DNA of 64,000 nt from the NCBI GenBank assembly GCA_016618085.1, contig JABLTG010000003.1:186001-250000 (forward strand), read 5' to 3'. Origin of the DNA: Neovahlkampfia damariscottae (taxonomy: Eukaryota). Position numbers and translations under genes: made by a program. Below, one piece after another: positions 24,753 to 38,007 of the stretch. Below the pieces are notes generated by a model that worked only from the letters and a program-made list of their open reading frames with translations, searched no databases and was not told where the DNA came from. Within the stretch, counting starts at the first letter, position 1, and each line of letters starts with the position of its first letter.

Positions 24753-25887
24753 ATGAAAACAACTTTGTTGTTCACTTTGATTTTACTTCTTGGAGTAACA
24801 CTCTCACAATATTCAAACTGTTTTGTCCAAAGACAAAACAAAAAAGTAGATTTATCACCTTTGTAAGAGCTATCAGACTAATTCATTCTTAAAGATTCTA
24901 CAAGTGAGAACTTTTTCAAAAATTAAAAAAAAACAAGGAGAATACTCAACCACCTCAAATGGTGAAAATTTCCATTTAAACATCTGTGGAGATGCAAAAT
25001 CAACATGCAAAGGTTTGTGGAATAGAAATTTAAAAACCATTTTTTCACAGATAAAGCATTCCCATCTGTTCACAATTATGATGGAAAATGTGGTTACTTA
25101 GGAACAAAATACTTCAAAAGCTCCTTTATTGGTAATAAAAATCACAATTAAATATTCAAGACAATGTTCACCCTGAAAAAGGAGCAATATTAATATATCC
25201 TCATGGAGTCAAGCTAAATAAAATTAGATCAAATACAGAAATCAAAATTGTTTGTCAACCAAAGGGTGTCAAAGGGACAACTCTGATATGTCAAACATTA
25301 CTATCGCAATAGTGAATTATATTTCCAATTTCAAATGGAAACTGATAAAATTAAAGAGTTCTGTGAGAACCCAAATCCACACTGTGGGATGGAAACAAAC
25401 TTGGGAAAAATAGACTTTTCAGGATTGTAAGTTAATATTTCTTGTTGACATTTCTAGAAAAAAAAGAAGGTATCCTTTCGATTGTTTAAAAAAGGAAATA
25501 GTGGAGAATATCATGATACTGATAAATTAGACAACAATTATTATGTGAACATTTGTGAGGATGCCAAAAAATCTTGTTCATGGAAAAAATCGCCTTCAAT
25601 TTCAGCTGGAAAAAAATATTGTTTTTGGTTGGGCGAACTTGATCAACAAAGTTTCAAATTGATTGGTATTAAGAAAATTTTTACTAAATATTAGATCCAT
25701 TTGATGCAACCAAAGGTGTCAGACAAACATGCAAAGGAGGATTGTACTTTCGATTTCCTGCAGTGACTTATATTGATCACATATGTGAAGATAGAAATGT
25801 TCCTGAGTTGCCAGTGTATTCAAAAATGAAACCCTTTTCACTAGTTTCTCAATGAAATCAAGAAATGCTTGCATCATTAAAAAATAA
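24753..25887 (+). pseudogene. secreted tandem MRH (mannose-6-phosphate receptor homology)-like domain gene with frame disruptions
   Basis: Signal peptide and two repeats of C..D(L/F)S.L..Y..(F/Y).(L/V)NIC..C..C..LG, ending in ..AC/FC. At least 3 junctions cannot be put in frame with GT-AG introns. Confidence 0.6.
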
Positions 25888-25938
25888 AAACTCGAAATGA
25901 CCTTCAACATCTGAAGATTAAAAATTTATTGCAATACT

Positions 25939-27779
25939 CTATTTTGAGATTTCAGCTTCAGTGACTTGTGTTTTTTCTTTTGATATTTTTTTCAATTTCA
26001 AAAATAATTTCCTCAGAGCAATATAAAAGGGCAGTGAAAAAGAGAAAATAGCGAATCCTATTAGTATCATATTAATAATGTAATATCTATTTCCAGTTGC
26101 AGAAACGAACATTTTAAAGAGTATTTGACCAAAATTCAACATTCCAACAAAAAAAGTTAAACTTCCGTTCAACATTCCAATATTTCCAAATCCGAAACTA
26201 AAAATTGAGTAAATGTGAAGGCTTTAATTCTTACACTTGGTTAAAATGCATTAAAACGGTCGAAATTAAAAATGGTCTTCCAAAAACGAATAAAGCAAAT
26301 CCAATTGGTTGGATATAAATTACTGGAATTGATATAACAGACATCAATAGAATACTAAACATAGCTGCAATTGCAAAAGATAATGAAGTTCCCAAAAATT
26401 TGATGATCAAGCCTTGAAATGGGAAAAATAAAAAAACAGCCAATAACGAAAAGTTGAATGAAGTAGCATAATCTAAAGATAATTTAAAAAGAATTTGAAA
26501 TTAAATTACCATGATAAACATCACCCATTAACAAAAATTGATCAAATAAAGTACCTGTGTACCAAGTATATATGATTGAATGAACACACAAGAAATATGC
26601 AGCTAAAAAATAATCAATGGTGAATATTTGTTTGAATATTGTAAATTTACATGTAAATATCTTCTTTTTTGGTAATTCTTCTTCCATCTTACCCAAAATC
26701 TCTTCCACTGTTTCCAATGGTTTTTCTTCGTTTTCATTTTCTTCAACTTCCAATTCGTTTTGTTCAATGTTATTTTCATTGTCTATGTTTTTGGTTTCTG
26801 ATTTGTTCTCTTCGTGTTCATTTTCTATTTGTTTTGGTGATTCTTCTTCAACATTTTTAGATTGAAATTTCTCCTGGATTTGTTTTTTCTGTTCAATTTC
26901 AATCCCTTCCAACTCTGTTTCATTATTTTTTTTGGTGAATTTTTCTCTCCAATTTGGTTTCACATCAGATAGTTTAAATGCACTAAATGGTTGAAATAAG
27001 CAAACAAAAACGAAATAGGATAATTGAAGTGTTGAGTATAATATGAAAAGTACATATAATGGAACACCAGCGCGAACCAAAAATTGAAAAATTGTCAGAA
27101 TAAAACCACTAACTAGTAAAGCAGTCGGAATAATTCCAAGAACAAAACTCTTTGTTGTTGTGAATAAATTTGCAATATGTAATGAACTATTGGTCAAACC
27201 ACTTCCTCCAAGAGAAATTAATATCCATCCAGGTATCAGAGAATCAAAATCTTTCATTGTTAATTAAAATAATGAAAAATCATTACATTGATAAAATATT
27301 AAAAAAGTACTTCCTAAAAAAATGAAAAAATTTGCGGCCATATTTGCAATTTTTGGTCCAGAAACATCCAACAAAAATCCGAAGACTAGATATCCTAAAT
27401 AGTAACAACTTGAAGATAAAGTATAGATTAATGTGAATCTATCAGTTTGAGCAGCACAAGTAATGACAGTTGAATTCGAAGTTATATTTAATGTGTTTAT
27501 ATTAGTTGCATTTGCGATCGTCGTTGCATTTGAATTGATGCATAAATTCGAGTAATAACCTTCTGATTTGTAGACTACCAAGATAGAAGGCCATCCAACA
27601 AACAAGGAAGCACCAAAAAAACAGTTTGCCATGATTATGAACAGTAGTATTAATTTTGGAGCAGGAAGTATCATTCCTTTTGTCCATATGTAGTCTAATG
27701 TGCTGAGACTGAAGAATTTTGTCTCTTCTGTGTATGTTGCAAACTTCATGATAAATTGTGAATAATCGGAGCTATTCAT
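25939..27779 (-). CDS. MFS transporter, SLC43/LAT3/Fmp42-like (true start may be the downstream MILPAPK)
   Basis: About 12 TM segments, GWPSI..V.K.EGYY..LC, CAAQ..RF.LIYT, GFLLD..GPK, and a large acidic central loop. Confidence 0.8.
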
Positions 27780-28186
27780 CCAATGAAATAATCTTCTTTG
27801 ATTTCCAACACAAAAAAAAGTGGATTGAGAATTTCCTTTTGTGGGGCGATGGTCCAGGTTTGGTAATTGTTTTGTTTAGTTTGTAATACTACATGTACTG
27901 GTCCTTACTCATGAAGGTGATGTTTTGACTTTATTTTCATCATCATTTTGAAAAGAAACCAAGAACTAGAAAAAAAATAAAAAAATAACTCTTTTTTACC
28001 AATTTATCAAAAAGAACTGAAGAAAACTGGAACTTTTTTGAGAATCATCAGACTTTGTTTTTCATGTGTTGAATGATTAAGCATCCTCTTATTGGTGAGG
28101 TTTGTTGTTAGTACAAACGTCCAATGAAAAAATTTCACACCCTTGTCAATATAAAATATAAATAATAAATATTTATTCAAATTGAT

Positions 28187-28783
28187 TTAAAATGAAAAGA
28201 ATGAATTCTTAATTGATTCTGTAGCAGATGAAAAAAATGAAGTCAAAGTGTCTTTTTTTCCTTCATTGGATTCACCATCAGCCACTTTTGTAGCAATTAC
28301 AGTTGAATCTAATTCTAATATAATACTGGAAAAAAATTAATTTTCAATTTTTTTTTTTTACCCTTCTTCAAAGATTTCATCAACAGTTAAAATTAAAAGA
28401 TCAAAATTTTCCAATAAAGTTCGTTTTTCAAGTTGAGAACCAAAAAGAATATCTAAACTATCAGTCACTGCATCTAATACTTCTGATAAAAGTAATTCAT
28501 TATCATTGGTATCTCCAACAACATAGAATAATAAATCAATAACGCTTTTTACAACACCACAATAATTTTCAGCTAAAATGACATCACCTATGTTTTTAAT
28601 TTTGATTTATTTTTTTTTACCGTAATAGGTGCTTGTTTTTGGTGTTTTTGTATAAAGTTCAAGTTCTAATTTTTTTTGTTTTTCTAAATCACCTTCAAGT
28701 ACTCCAAAGTATTTTGAGAACAATCTTTTTCCTTCTGAATCAAGTACAACAACTCCTTTCATTTGATGTAAAATTCCTTCCAT
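28187..28783 (-). CDS. COPZ: coatomer subunit zeta (3 exons; absent from the ORF track)
   Basis: Minus-strand translation gives KGVVVLDSEGKRLFSKY..DLLFYVVGDTNDNELLL..LEKRTLLENFDLLILTVDEI..GIILELD. Confidence 0.9.
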
Positions 28784-28858
28784 TGCTTTTCTAGTTTTTT
28801 TGTTGTTACCTGGAGGTTAAAAATTGTTGGTTGAATTTAATCCAATCGTTTTGTAGTG

Positions 28859-31598
28859 ATGAAAATTTTCATTTTTTTGACGATTTTTGTTGTTCTTGTA
28901 ACCTCAATTTATCAAGAGGATTATGGAAAGAATGAATGGTAAACCAACAAAAAAATAAAAAAAAAAAGGCACTTGAAACAAGTCGGAAAAATAAAAAATA
29001 TTTTATTACCAAACGAAGATAATTTTTTCACAGATAAAAGATTTGTTTATGTATCTACGGTTAAAAACATACTCGCTTGTATGAATATCAGAACAGGAGA
29101 AATAGGTTATTTTTTTTAAAATGTTTTGACTTGTTGTAGTTTGGAGAAAATCTTTTTCAAAAAATGAAGTTATAACAGAAATGACAGGATACAAAGAAAT
29201 GATTGTCATTGTCACATCAAAAAATCAACTCAAAATTTTTAATGAAAAAGGTATTCTATTTTGGGATGTTTTGTTACCAAAGAACTTTATAAATTCAAAA
29301 ATCCAATTCAAAAACAAAACTATTAATCTCATCAATTCAAAATCTGTATTTCAAAAAATTGTTAAAATTTTTTCAGTTTTATGCAATTAGTCCTTCAGAT
29401 GGAAGAAAAATAGGTGGACTTCAAACTAATTATTTTTTTGTCGATTTTTTAACAAAACATAAAGATACTTCTTTTGTTGAATTGTTTTATCAAAAAGAAA
29501 CGACATCTGGTGATAATATTATTGTTGAACAAGTTACTGTTCATTATTTGAATGAAGCATCAGACCATAGAATTGAAAAGATAAAAATGACAAAAAATAT
29601 TATAATTTCATCATTATTGGATGTCTTTGTGTTAAATGATAAGTTGATTTTCGTTGACCGAAAGAACAACAAGATGATAAAATTTTCAATTGAAAAAAAA
29701 TTTTTTTCACAAGTCAATTTAGAAATTACCAAAAACACAAAAATAAAAAAATTGAATGAGAATACTTTACAATTTAAAGAAAACTCAAATACAAAGCTAT
29801 ATTTTGAAAATGATGATTCATTCAAAGAATATCCAGTTTGAAAAAAAAAAATTAATTTGGTATGACAGGGTGAAATGATTTCTCAAAATTTCTTTCAAAA
29901 TATTCTTTCAACTATTAAATTAGAAAAGGAATATCATGTTATCAAAATTTATCAAAAAACTTTACAAGAAATTCCAATTAGACTGAATGAATTTTTTGGA
30001 AATGTGAAAAAATTTTATTTACAATTTTATGACTCAACAAAGAACTCATACCGAGTTTTATTGATTATGGAAGATAATACTTTGTTAATTATAAAAAATG
30101 GTTCAATCATTAAAAGAGAAGAATCATTGGCTGAAATAAAAAAAACGGATATGACTGAACTTCCATTGGAGAAATCATCAACTGATTTAGATGAAAATTT
30201 CATTCAAAGGATCAAAGGACAATTCTTACAATTGAAGAAATTCATTTTAAAATTCAATCCAAATTCAAAACCAACCTCATCCTCTTTGATTGGTGATAAA
30301 AATGGGTTTTACAAATTATTGATAATTCTGACAAAAAATGGAAAATTATTTTGTTTGAATACTCAAAATGGTGAAATTTTATGGTCAAAATATTTCAAAG
30401 GTTTGAATGATTTTCATATCATAAAGAAGAATGGACTTTATTTAATTTATACTATTTTTGAAAAAACAATTTACGCATTAAATTCAGTTGATGGACAATT
30501 GATCATGAAAGTGGATACTTTTGAAATTCCAATTTCTAAATCATTTTCACCTTCCAGAGATTTATTATTCGTTGTTGAAAAAGAAAGTCAAAAAATAAGA
30601 GTTATTGAAGGAAAATTGAAAAAACCTTTTTATCATCAAGAAATTAAAAAAAATGAAATTGTTGGATATTTATTATCTCAAACACAAAAGGTAATTTTTT
30701 TTAATTTTGTTAATTGACTTTATAGCCAATTTTGATCTGGAAAAATCAATTTAAGTTTCCTTTAGAGTCATATTCTTATTTTCCAAGAGATCAATCAATT
30801 CATTCAAAGTATCGAATAAATGCAGACAATACAGTATTTGAAAAATATTTGAATCAAAATTTATTGGCTGTTTCATTTTTAGAACCACAAAAGGAAGAAG
30901 GAAAAAATTTAAACAATTTAATTGTAAATTTAATAGATTCTGTTGATGGGAGCACATTGTACTCAATCTCAATTCCAAATGTCAAAAAGAAACAAATCAA
31001 TTTACATATCAACGAAAATTTTGTTTTGGTGCAATATGAAAATGGAAAATTACATCGATCAGAATTATACGTTTTAGAGTTATTTACTGATGATTCAAAG
31101 AAATTACATGTCAAAAATCGTGGGTTTTTATTACCAAAATCTGTCAAAACAATCTCATCCACTCGAACATTGAAAGGAATCACCGCAAAAATGTTTTTAT
31201 TTGGAAATTTAGATGATCGTGTTTATGGATTTCATAAACAAATAATTGATCCATTGAGACCAGATGGACCTCCAACTGCAGCAGAAACAGAAGATTTCTT
31301 GACAACTTATCATCCAAAATTAGTGAATGTTGATCATGAATTTATTTCAGTAAATAGAACAATTTTGGGATTAGAATATATTGAAACATATTCTGCAAAC
31401 TTAGAATCTACTTCACATGTGGTTGTTTATGGTTTGGATATTTTCTATTCAAGAGTATTTCCATCATTGGATTTTGATTTTTTGAATGACAATTTTTCAT
31501 TTAATTTGTTGTTGGCAACTACTTTTGGATTAGTTTTATTGACATTATTTTCTTATTTTTATTCAAAATCTGTCAAATCTAACATCTATTGGCAATAA
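28859..31598 (+). CDS. EMC1: ER membrane protein complex subunit 1
   Basis: Signal peptide followed by IYQEDYGKNEWH. Later KYLNQNL, TRTLKGIT, IIDPLRP, LEST..YGLDIF, FDFL and a C-terminal TM ending in W. Confidence 0.92.
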
Positions 31599-31648
31599 AT
31601 TGTTAATTTTTGTTTTGTCCAATCAATTTTTGTGTATGTTGAGATTTG

Positions 31649-32923
31649 ATGTCAGGAAAAAAACCTTCTTCCAGATTTAAGCCAACAAATCTTCAAATTG
31701 AACAATATACACAGAATGAATCAATGTAAATATTTTCCTCATTTTCATCAAAAAAACAATAGAACTACAAGTGGAAACTTTATTGTTGAAGAAAATCAAA
31801 AAATTAGTGAAATTGGAATTATTTCATCCACTGGAACTCGTAAATATTCTAATTATTTCTTATTTCAAAAAGCATTAATTATACCTACTCCAACAGAAAT
31901 AGATTTTTCAAGTCTTGAAGTTGAACCAGAAAGTTTGTCAACTGAAGAATCAACACCAAGTTTACTAGAAGAGGAACAAAAACTAATATGGTCCAATATT
32001 GAAATTGTTAAAAAAATTGGCAGTGGAAACTCTAGTATAGTTTTCAAATGTTTAGATAAATCGACTGAAAAGATATATGCCATGAAAGTTAGAAAAAACA
32101 AATATTCAATATTTTTCAGGTACTAGAAATGGAAAACGAAGAAAAAATCAAACCTATTACATCTGAGGTTCAAGTGTTATCAAAATGTTCATATCCTGCA
32201 ATTATTCATCTTTATGATGCATTTTTGAAAAACCGAAAAATACATTTGATAATTGAATACATGAATTATGGATCTCTAAATGATATAATGAATATTTATG
32301 GACCAATTCCAGAGAATATTTCATCACAAATTGCCTATTGGATATTGAAAGGATTGGTACATATTCATTCCAAAAATACAATTCATCGAGATTTAGTAAA
32401 TCAGTCAACTCAAAAATATTAATCATTTTATATAAAGAAACCTGAAAATATACTTTTAAATTCAAAAGGAGAGGTAAAAATAAGTGATTTTGGAATGTCA
32501 GGGTATAAGAAAATTCCAGATGAACTTGAGGATTCATGGACAACATTTCAAGGAACATACACATACATGTCTCCTGAAAGAATTGCAGGAACATCACATT
32601 CCTATAAATCTGATATTTGGTCTTTAGGAATATTGATCGGATTTATTTCTTTGGGTGATTATCCTTTTAATTTGAGGGAAAATACGATTTGGGAATTAAT
32701 GGCTTTGTATAAAGAAGAAAAATTTGTGGAAAAAATTAAAATGGACAAGTTTAGTGCTGAGTTGATTGAGTTTTTGAATTTATGTTTGAAATATGAAGTT
32801 GATGAAAGATCAAATGCCAAGGAATTGTTGAAATCTGATTGGATATTAAAATATAAAAAATCAAAACCATCCATTGGTAGATGGTTAGATGAATCTGTAA
32901 AATCAAAAATAAATGCATTATAG
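31649..32923 (+). CDS. MAP kinase kinase (STE7 family)
   Basis: N-terminal basic docking motif, GSGNSS, EYMNYGSL, HRDL|KPEN..NSKGEVKISDFG and GTYTYMSPERI. Confidence 0.88.
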
Positions 32924-33006
32924 TTGTCGGAAAAATTATTAAATGTTTGATTTTGGAAAATTTCTTATTTGAGAACAACCAATAAAAAAAATTGGAAGTG
33001 GAAAGA

Positions 33007-35541
33007 ATGAAAATCATTATTTTCACACTTCTATTCCTTGGATTAGTTTTATCACAACCTTCATACAAAGTCAATAATTTAAGAACTACACCTAATGGAC
33101 AAACAGCAGAACTCGACTTGGAATCAGGAACTGGACCATTTGGAAAAGACATCAAAAAGTTGAAAATAGACATTTTTTATGAAACAAAAACTAGAGTACA
33201 TTTTAAAATCACAAATAGAGAAGCTAAAAGATGGGAAGTACCAAGAGTTATAAAATCATCAACACCTACAACTTCACCTCAAGAAAGAGACTATGATGTT
33301 TCAATTAGTTCACCTTTTGGAATTTTAATCAAAAGAAAATCTGACAATGAAATCTTGTTTGATTCAAGAGGAGAAAGTTTTGTTTACGCAGAACAATTTT
33401 TAACCATTACAAATAAAGTACAAAGTCAAAACCCAAATATTTATGGACTTGGTGAAAGAATTAGTAATTTTAGATTAAACACAGACAACAAATATTATTC
33501 AATGTGGCCTATTGATAGATATACTTTTGATCTGAAAAATTTATATTCATCTCATCCATTTTATATTGAAAAAAGAAAAAGTACTGCTTATGGTGTCTTT
33601 TTATTGAACTCAAATGCTCAAAATGTTCATTTAAATAAAAATAAAATCAAGTACAATACAATTGGAGGTGTTTTAGACTTTTATGTTTTCACAGGTCCAA
33701 CACCAGATTCAGTTTTAACACAATATCAAGAAGTTATCGGAAAACCACATTTACCAGCTTATTGGACTTTAGGATGGCATCAATGTCGATATGGATATAA
33801 ATCACTTCAAGAAACAAAAGAAGTTTGGGAAAACTATGCCAAACATAAAATTCCGGTAATATTAAAAAAAAATTTAACATTTTTTTTTTCTTAGCTTGAT
33901 ACAATGTGGAATGATATTGATTACATGGAAGCATACAAATTATACACATGGGATCCAGTCAAATATCCAATGAAAGAAGTCAGAAAATGGGTAGATGAAT
34001 TACATGCTGGTGGACAAAGATATGTAGTTATTGTCGACCCAGGTGTAAAAGTTGAACCTGGTTATGAAGTATACGAAAGGGGTATTAGAGAAAAATTATA
34101 TATCACTCATCCTGATGGTAAAACACCTATGGTTGGTAAAGTATGGCCTGGTTTCACTGTATTTCCTGATTTTTCAAAAAGTGCAACAGATGTTTATTGG
34201 TATGACCTTGTCAAGAAGTTTTATGATGATGTTCCAGTAGATGGATGGTGGATTGATATGAATGAAATTGCAAGTTTCTGCGACGGTTCTTGTGGCCCAT
34301 TTAACAATAAAACACAAAAGAGAAACAACAACTTGAATAATCCACCTTATGTCCCAACTTTAGACCATAAATTATATCATAAGACTTTATATCCTGATGC
34401 TTTAACTTCATTGGGACCACAATATGATACACATTCAATTTATGGTTATTTAGAAACTATTTCAACTCACAAAGCTCTTGTGAAAGTTACAAAAAAAAGA
34501 CCTTTTATTATCACTCGTTCAAGTTTTCCTGGAACAGGAACAATGGCTGGAAAATGGTCAGGAGATAATTTCAGTACATGGGAAGACTTATTCCATTCCA
34601 TTTCTTCAATTTTAACTTTCAATGTTTTTGGAATTCCATTTGTTGGCGCAGATATTTGTGGATTTTGGCTTGATGCAAATGAAGAATTATGTGTAAGGTG
34701 GCATCAATTAGGATCATTTTATCCATTTGCTAGAAATCACAACTCAATCGGAAAAAGATCTCAAGAACCTTTTGCTTTTGGACCATTACTTATTGAAACA
34801 ACAAGATCTGCATTACTAAACAGATATTCACTTTTACCATACTATTACACTCTTTTCCATGATGTTCATGTGAATGGAGGTACCGTTATCAAATCAATTC
34901 CATTTGAATTCAATACAGACGATAATGAACATATCAATCATATTGATAAACAATTCTTAATTGGATCAGGCTTATTGGTATCACCTGTTTTAGAAAAAGG
35001 TGCGACATCAATCAATGCATATCTTCCACCATCAGAAATTTGGTATGATTATTGGACAGGTGCTGAACATCAACAAAAAGGATGGGTTAAAATCCCAGTT
35101 AACATTAAATCAGTTCCTGTTCATATTAGAGGAGGTCATGTAATTCCACGTCAAGAACCAGGATTAACAACAAAAGAAAGCAGAAAAAAACCATTCTTTT
35201 TGAATGTTGCTCTTGACAAAGATGGTGTTTCGACTGGTGATTTATATTTAGATGATGGAGATTCATTGGATTCAGTTTCAAACAAAAAATACACACATAT
35301 CACTTTTAGAGCAGATAATAACAAATTAGCGACTATTGTCAATCATTTAGGTTATGAAACAAGTCATTTGAAAATTAATCGTGTTGTAGTTCATGGTGTC
35401 AAATCAAATATTTGTAAAGTTGAAATTAATGGAAATGCAGTTTCAACATTCACTTATGATTCAAATACAAAATTATTAGATGTTAAAATGAGCATTGCTG
35501 TTTCAGGAAGAAATGTTATTTCATGGGATTCAAATTGTTAA
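33007..35541 (+). CDS. GH31 lysosomal-type alpha-glucosidase (2 exons)
   Basis: Signal peptide, WIDMNE nucleophile, WSGDN acid/base, GADICGF and YPFARNHN. Confidence 0.95.
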
Positions 35542-35552
35542 AAAATAAATGT

Positions 35553-36163
35553 TTAATCTTCTGGAGTTGATTCAAATGCACAAATTGAAAATAATCCACA
35601 ACAGATTACTGAGGCTGTAACACAGCACGATAAAAATGAAGCTAGGTATATTGATGTTCCTGTGATGACAGAAATAATACCAATAGTGTATAAACTACCT
35701 GTTCCAGTTGATAATAAAATTCCACATGTTAATAAAACTATTGGACCTAATAAATTGAAGCAAGAAAATAAAAGTAATGAGAGTCCGACAAAATGAGCAG
35801 TAATATTTTTGAGAACTACTCCTTGAACTGAGGATCCAAAAAAGCAACAGGAAACAACTTAAAAAAAGGTTAATTTCTTTTTTTTTTTTTACAGAGCGAC
35901 CAATGTGAAATACAACCGATCGCCAAAGAGCACAAATTGTTTATTAAACCTAATGAAGCAGTGATAAAATAAACAACTTTGATTGCGTTTTGAGTCTCTG
36001 TTGTAGGTTTTCCTGTTAAAAGAACTCCACAAATAATTAAAATGAGAGGTACAGCAGAACTTAATAGAATTCCACAACAACTGGCTCCTATATTGATTGT
36101 ACCTGATGAATTTGCTGTAAAGTTTGAATCATATTCAAAATCATCATCAGTTGAGTTGTACAT
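35553..36163 (-). CDS. cysteine-rich 4-TM hypothetical membrane protein (2 exons)
   Basis: ORF 35870-36163 splices to an exon ending ..ICAFESTPED TAA. Four hydrophobic segments and CC pairs. Confidence 0.7.
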
Positions 36164-36246
36164 TTTTAGCTGTTTCGAATATGATTTTAATTGGTCAAAT
36201 TATCGGAATTTTTTCAATCAATTTATTAATAAACTCTATCAAATAT

Positions 36247-37755
36247 TTAATCAACTTTGATAAGTTTAATTTTTAAGTTCACTGGTCTCATAGTAACATC
36301 AAATTTAAACTTCACATCATCTTTTTTCATATCATCAAATTCTAGTCTAAAATTGTGCAAAAGTAGAGATAGAATCAAACAGACTTCAGTTTCAGCAAAT
36401 ACTTTACCAACACAATTTCTTGATCCAACACTAAAAGGAATGAAATTGTAACGCAATTGTGGTATTTTTTTCAAATTTTCTTCTTCCCAACGATCTGGAT
36501 TGAACTTTTCTGGATTTTCCCAAATTGTTGGGTTATGATGAAGCCCATAGATATTAATTGCAATCATTGTTCCTTTTGGTAAAAAAAAATCATCAATAAA
36601 CATATCTTGATTTGTTTCTTTGTCAACTTCTGGAGCAACAGGCATCATTCTTGCGCACTCATTCACAACTTGTTTAATGTATTTCATTTTTTCAATATCA
36701 TTGAATGAAATTGATTTTTTATCTTTGAATTCTTGATTAATGTGATCTCTCAATTTTTCTTGAATTTCTGGATAAGAACAAAGATAATATGCAATAACTG
36801 AAAGTGAAGATGATGTTGTTTCATGACCAGCAATTAAAAATGTAAACATTTCATCAATTAATAAATCTTCAGGAATTGGTTCTCCTTCATGATCCGATGT
36901 CATCAATAATGATAATAGGTCAAATTTTTCTTCAGTCAAAAGAATATCTTCTTTCTTTTTTTTTATGATTTTTTTTAAAGTTTTTATGATGCTGGCTTTT
37001 GATTCTTTGATAATTTTGACAGTTTGAATTGGTAATGAATCCACAATGAATTGTGGGAAAACTGACAATAAAACAATATAGTTTAAAATGTTTTCAGATA
37101 TTCTACTCCATGCTAATGATGTTTGATTTTGTTCTGATACATCTCCAAAAGCACTAAAGAAGTTTATTAAGAATATTTTTGAAAAAAACCTTTCAGTAAT
37201 GATATGAAGTGTTAAAGTGGAAATTTCAGACAAAAAATCAATGGATTGTGTTTTTGATATTGTGTTTTTCCATTTTTCCATTTTGTCAATTGTATGTTTT
37301 TCCATGATTTGAAGTAAATTACTTACACTTTTTGGTGAAAACATTGGGTTGATCAAAGTTCTTTGTTTTTTCCATAGTTCACCATCCGAAAGAAAAAGTC
37401 CTGAACCAGCGATAGGTTTCATTAAATCATAAACAGCTGATGCCTTTGGAAGTCTATTTGTGATTGTACATTCTTTTACAATATTTGTATCACATGTCAG
37501 TAAGTATGGCTCCAACATGTAATTTAATATGACGTTATTATCGTTTTTATATGATTCTTCAGACCATTTTTTATATGATTTATCTGATAAATCTGTGAAA
37601 TCTAATATTTGTCCGATGCCATAATTCAAAGGAAGAACTTTAATTTTTTTCTTTGTTTTTTTTAAATTTAAGAATAAATCTCTTCTGAATTTGATAATTT
37701 TGAATAATCTATAAATAATATACAACAAGCAAGAGAAGAGAAACAACCTTAACAT
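36247..37755 (-). CDS. cytochrome P450
   Basis: AGHETT, ECAR, PDRW and FSVGSRNCVG heme motif. In-frame 36-nt intron at 37154-37189. Confidence 0.95.
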   Translation of the reverse strand: MLRLFLFSCLLYIIYRLFKIIKFRRDLFLNLKKTKKKIKVLPLNYGIGQILDFTDLSDKSYKKWSEESYKNDNNVILNYMLEPYLLTCDTNIVKECTITNRLPKASAVYDLMKPIAGSGLFLSDGELWKKQRTLINPMFSPKSVSNLLQIMEKHTIDKMEKWKNTISKTQSIDFLSEISTLTLHIITERFFSKIFLINFFSAFGDVSEQNQTSLAWSRISENILNYIVLLSVFPQFIVDSLPIQTVKIIKESKASIIKTLKKIIKKKKEDILLTEEKFDLLSLLMTSDHEGEPIPEDLLIDEMFTFLIAGHETTSSSLSVIAYYLCSYPEIQEKLRDHINQEFKDKKSISFNDIEKMKYIKQVVNECARMMPVAPEVDKETNQDMFIDDFFLPKGTMIAINIYGLHHNPTIWENPEKFNPDRWEEENLKKIPQLRYNFIPFSVGSRNCVGKVFAETEVCLILSLLLHNFRLEFDDMKKDDVKFKFDVTMRPVNLKIKLIKVD

Positions 37756-38007
37756 TTTTTTCTGTAGTTAAAAAAACCAATCAAATTTTATTCCCAAGAA
37801 TTTTTACTGATAACTTGATTTTACCATCAATTGGAAGAATTACAAGAGTAGATTTATCATTGATTCATTTGAACTTTCCAATGTAATTCAATTTGTTAAT
37901 TTTTTCTTCCAAAATACTCAATTGGTCAATTCCTACTTTCCAGTTCCAAAAAGAGAGTTATATTATTGGTGTGTTCATTTTCATCTCCGAAATAACTTTT
38001 GTTAACC

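Noticed and set aside
25470..25501. GTATCCTT donor matching the U12 intron consensus
   Set aside because: The intron is only 32 nt, has no TCCTTAAC branch site, and lies in a damaged gene, so it is probably chance.
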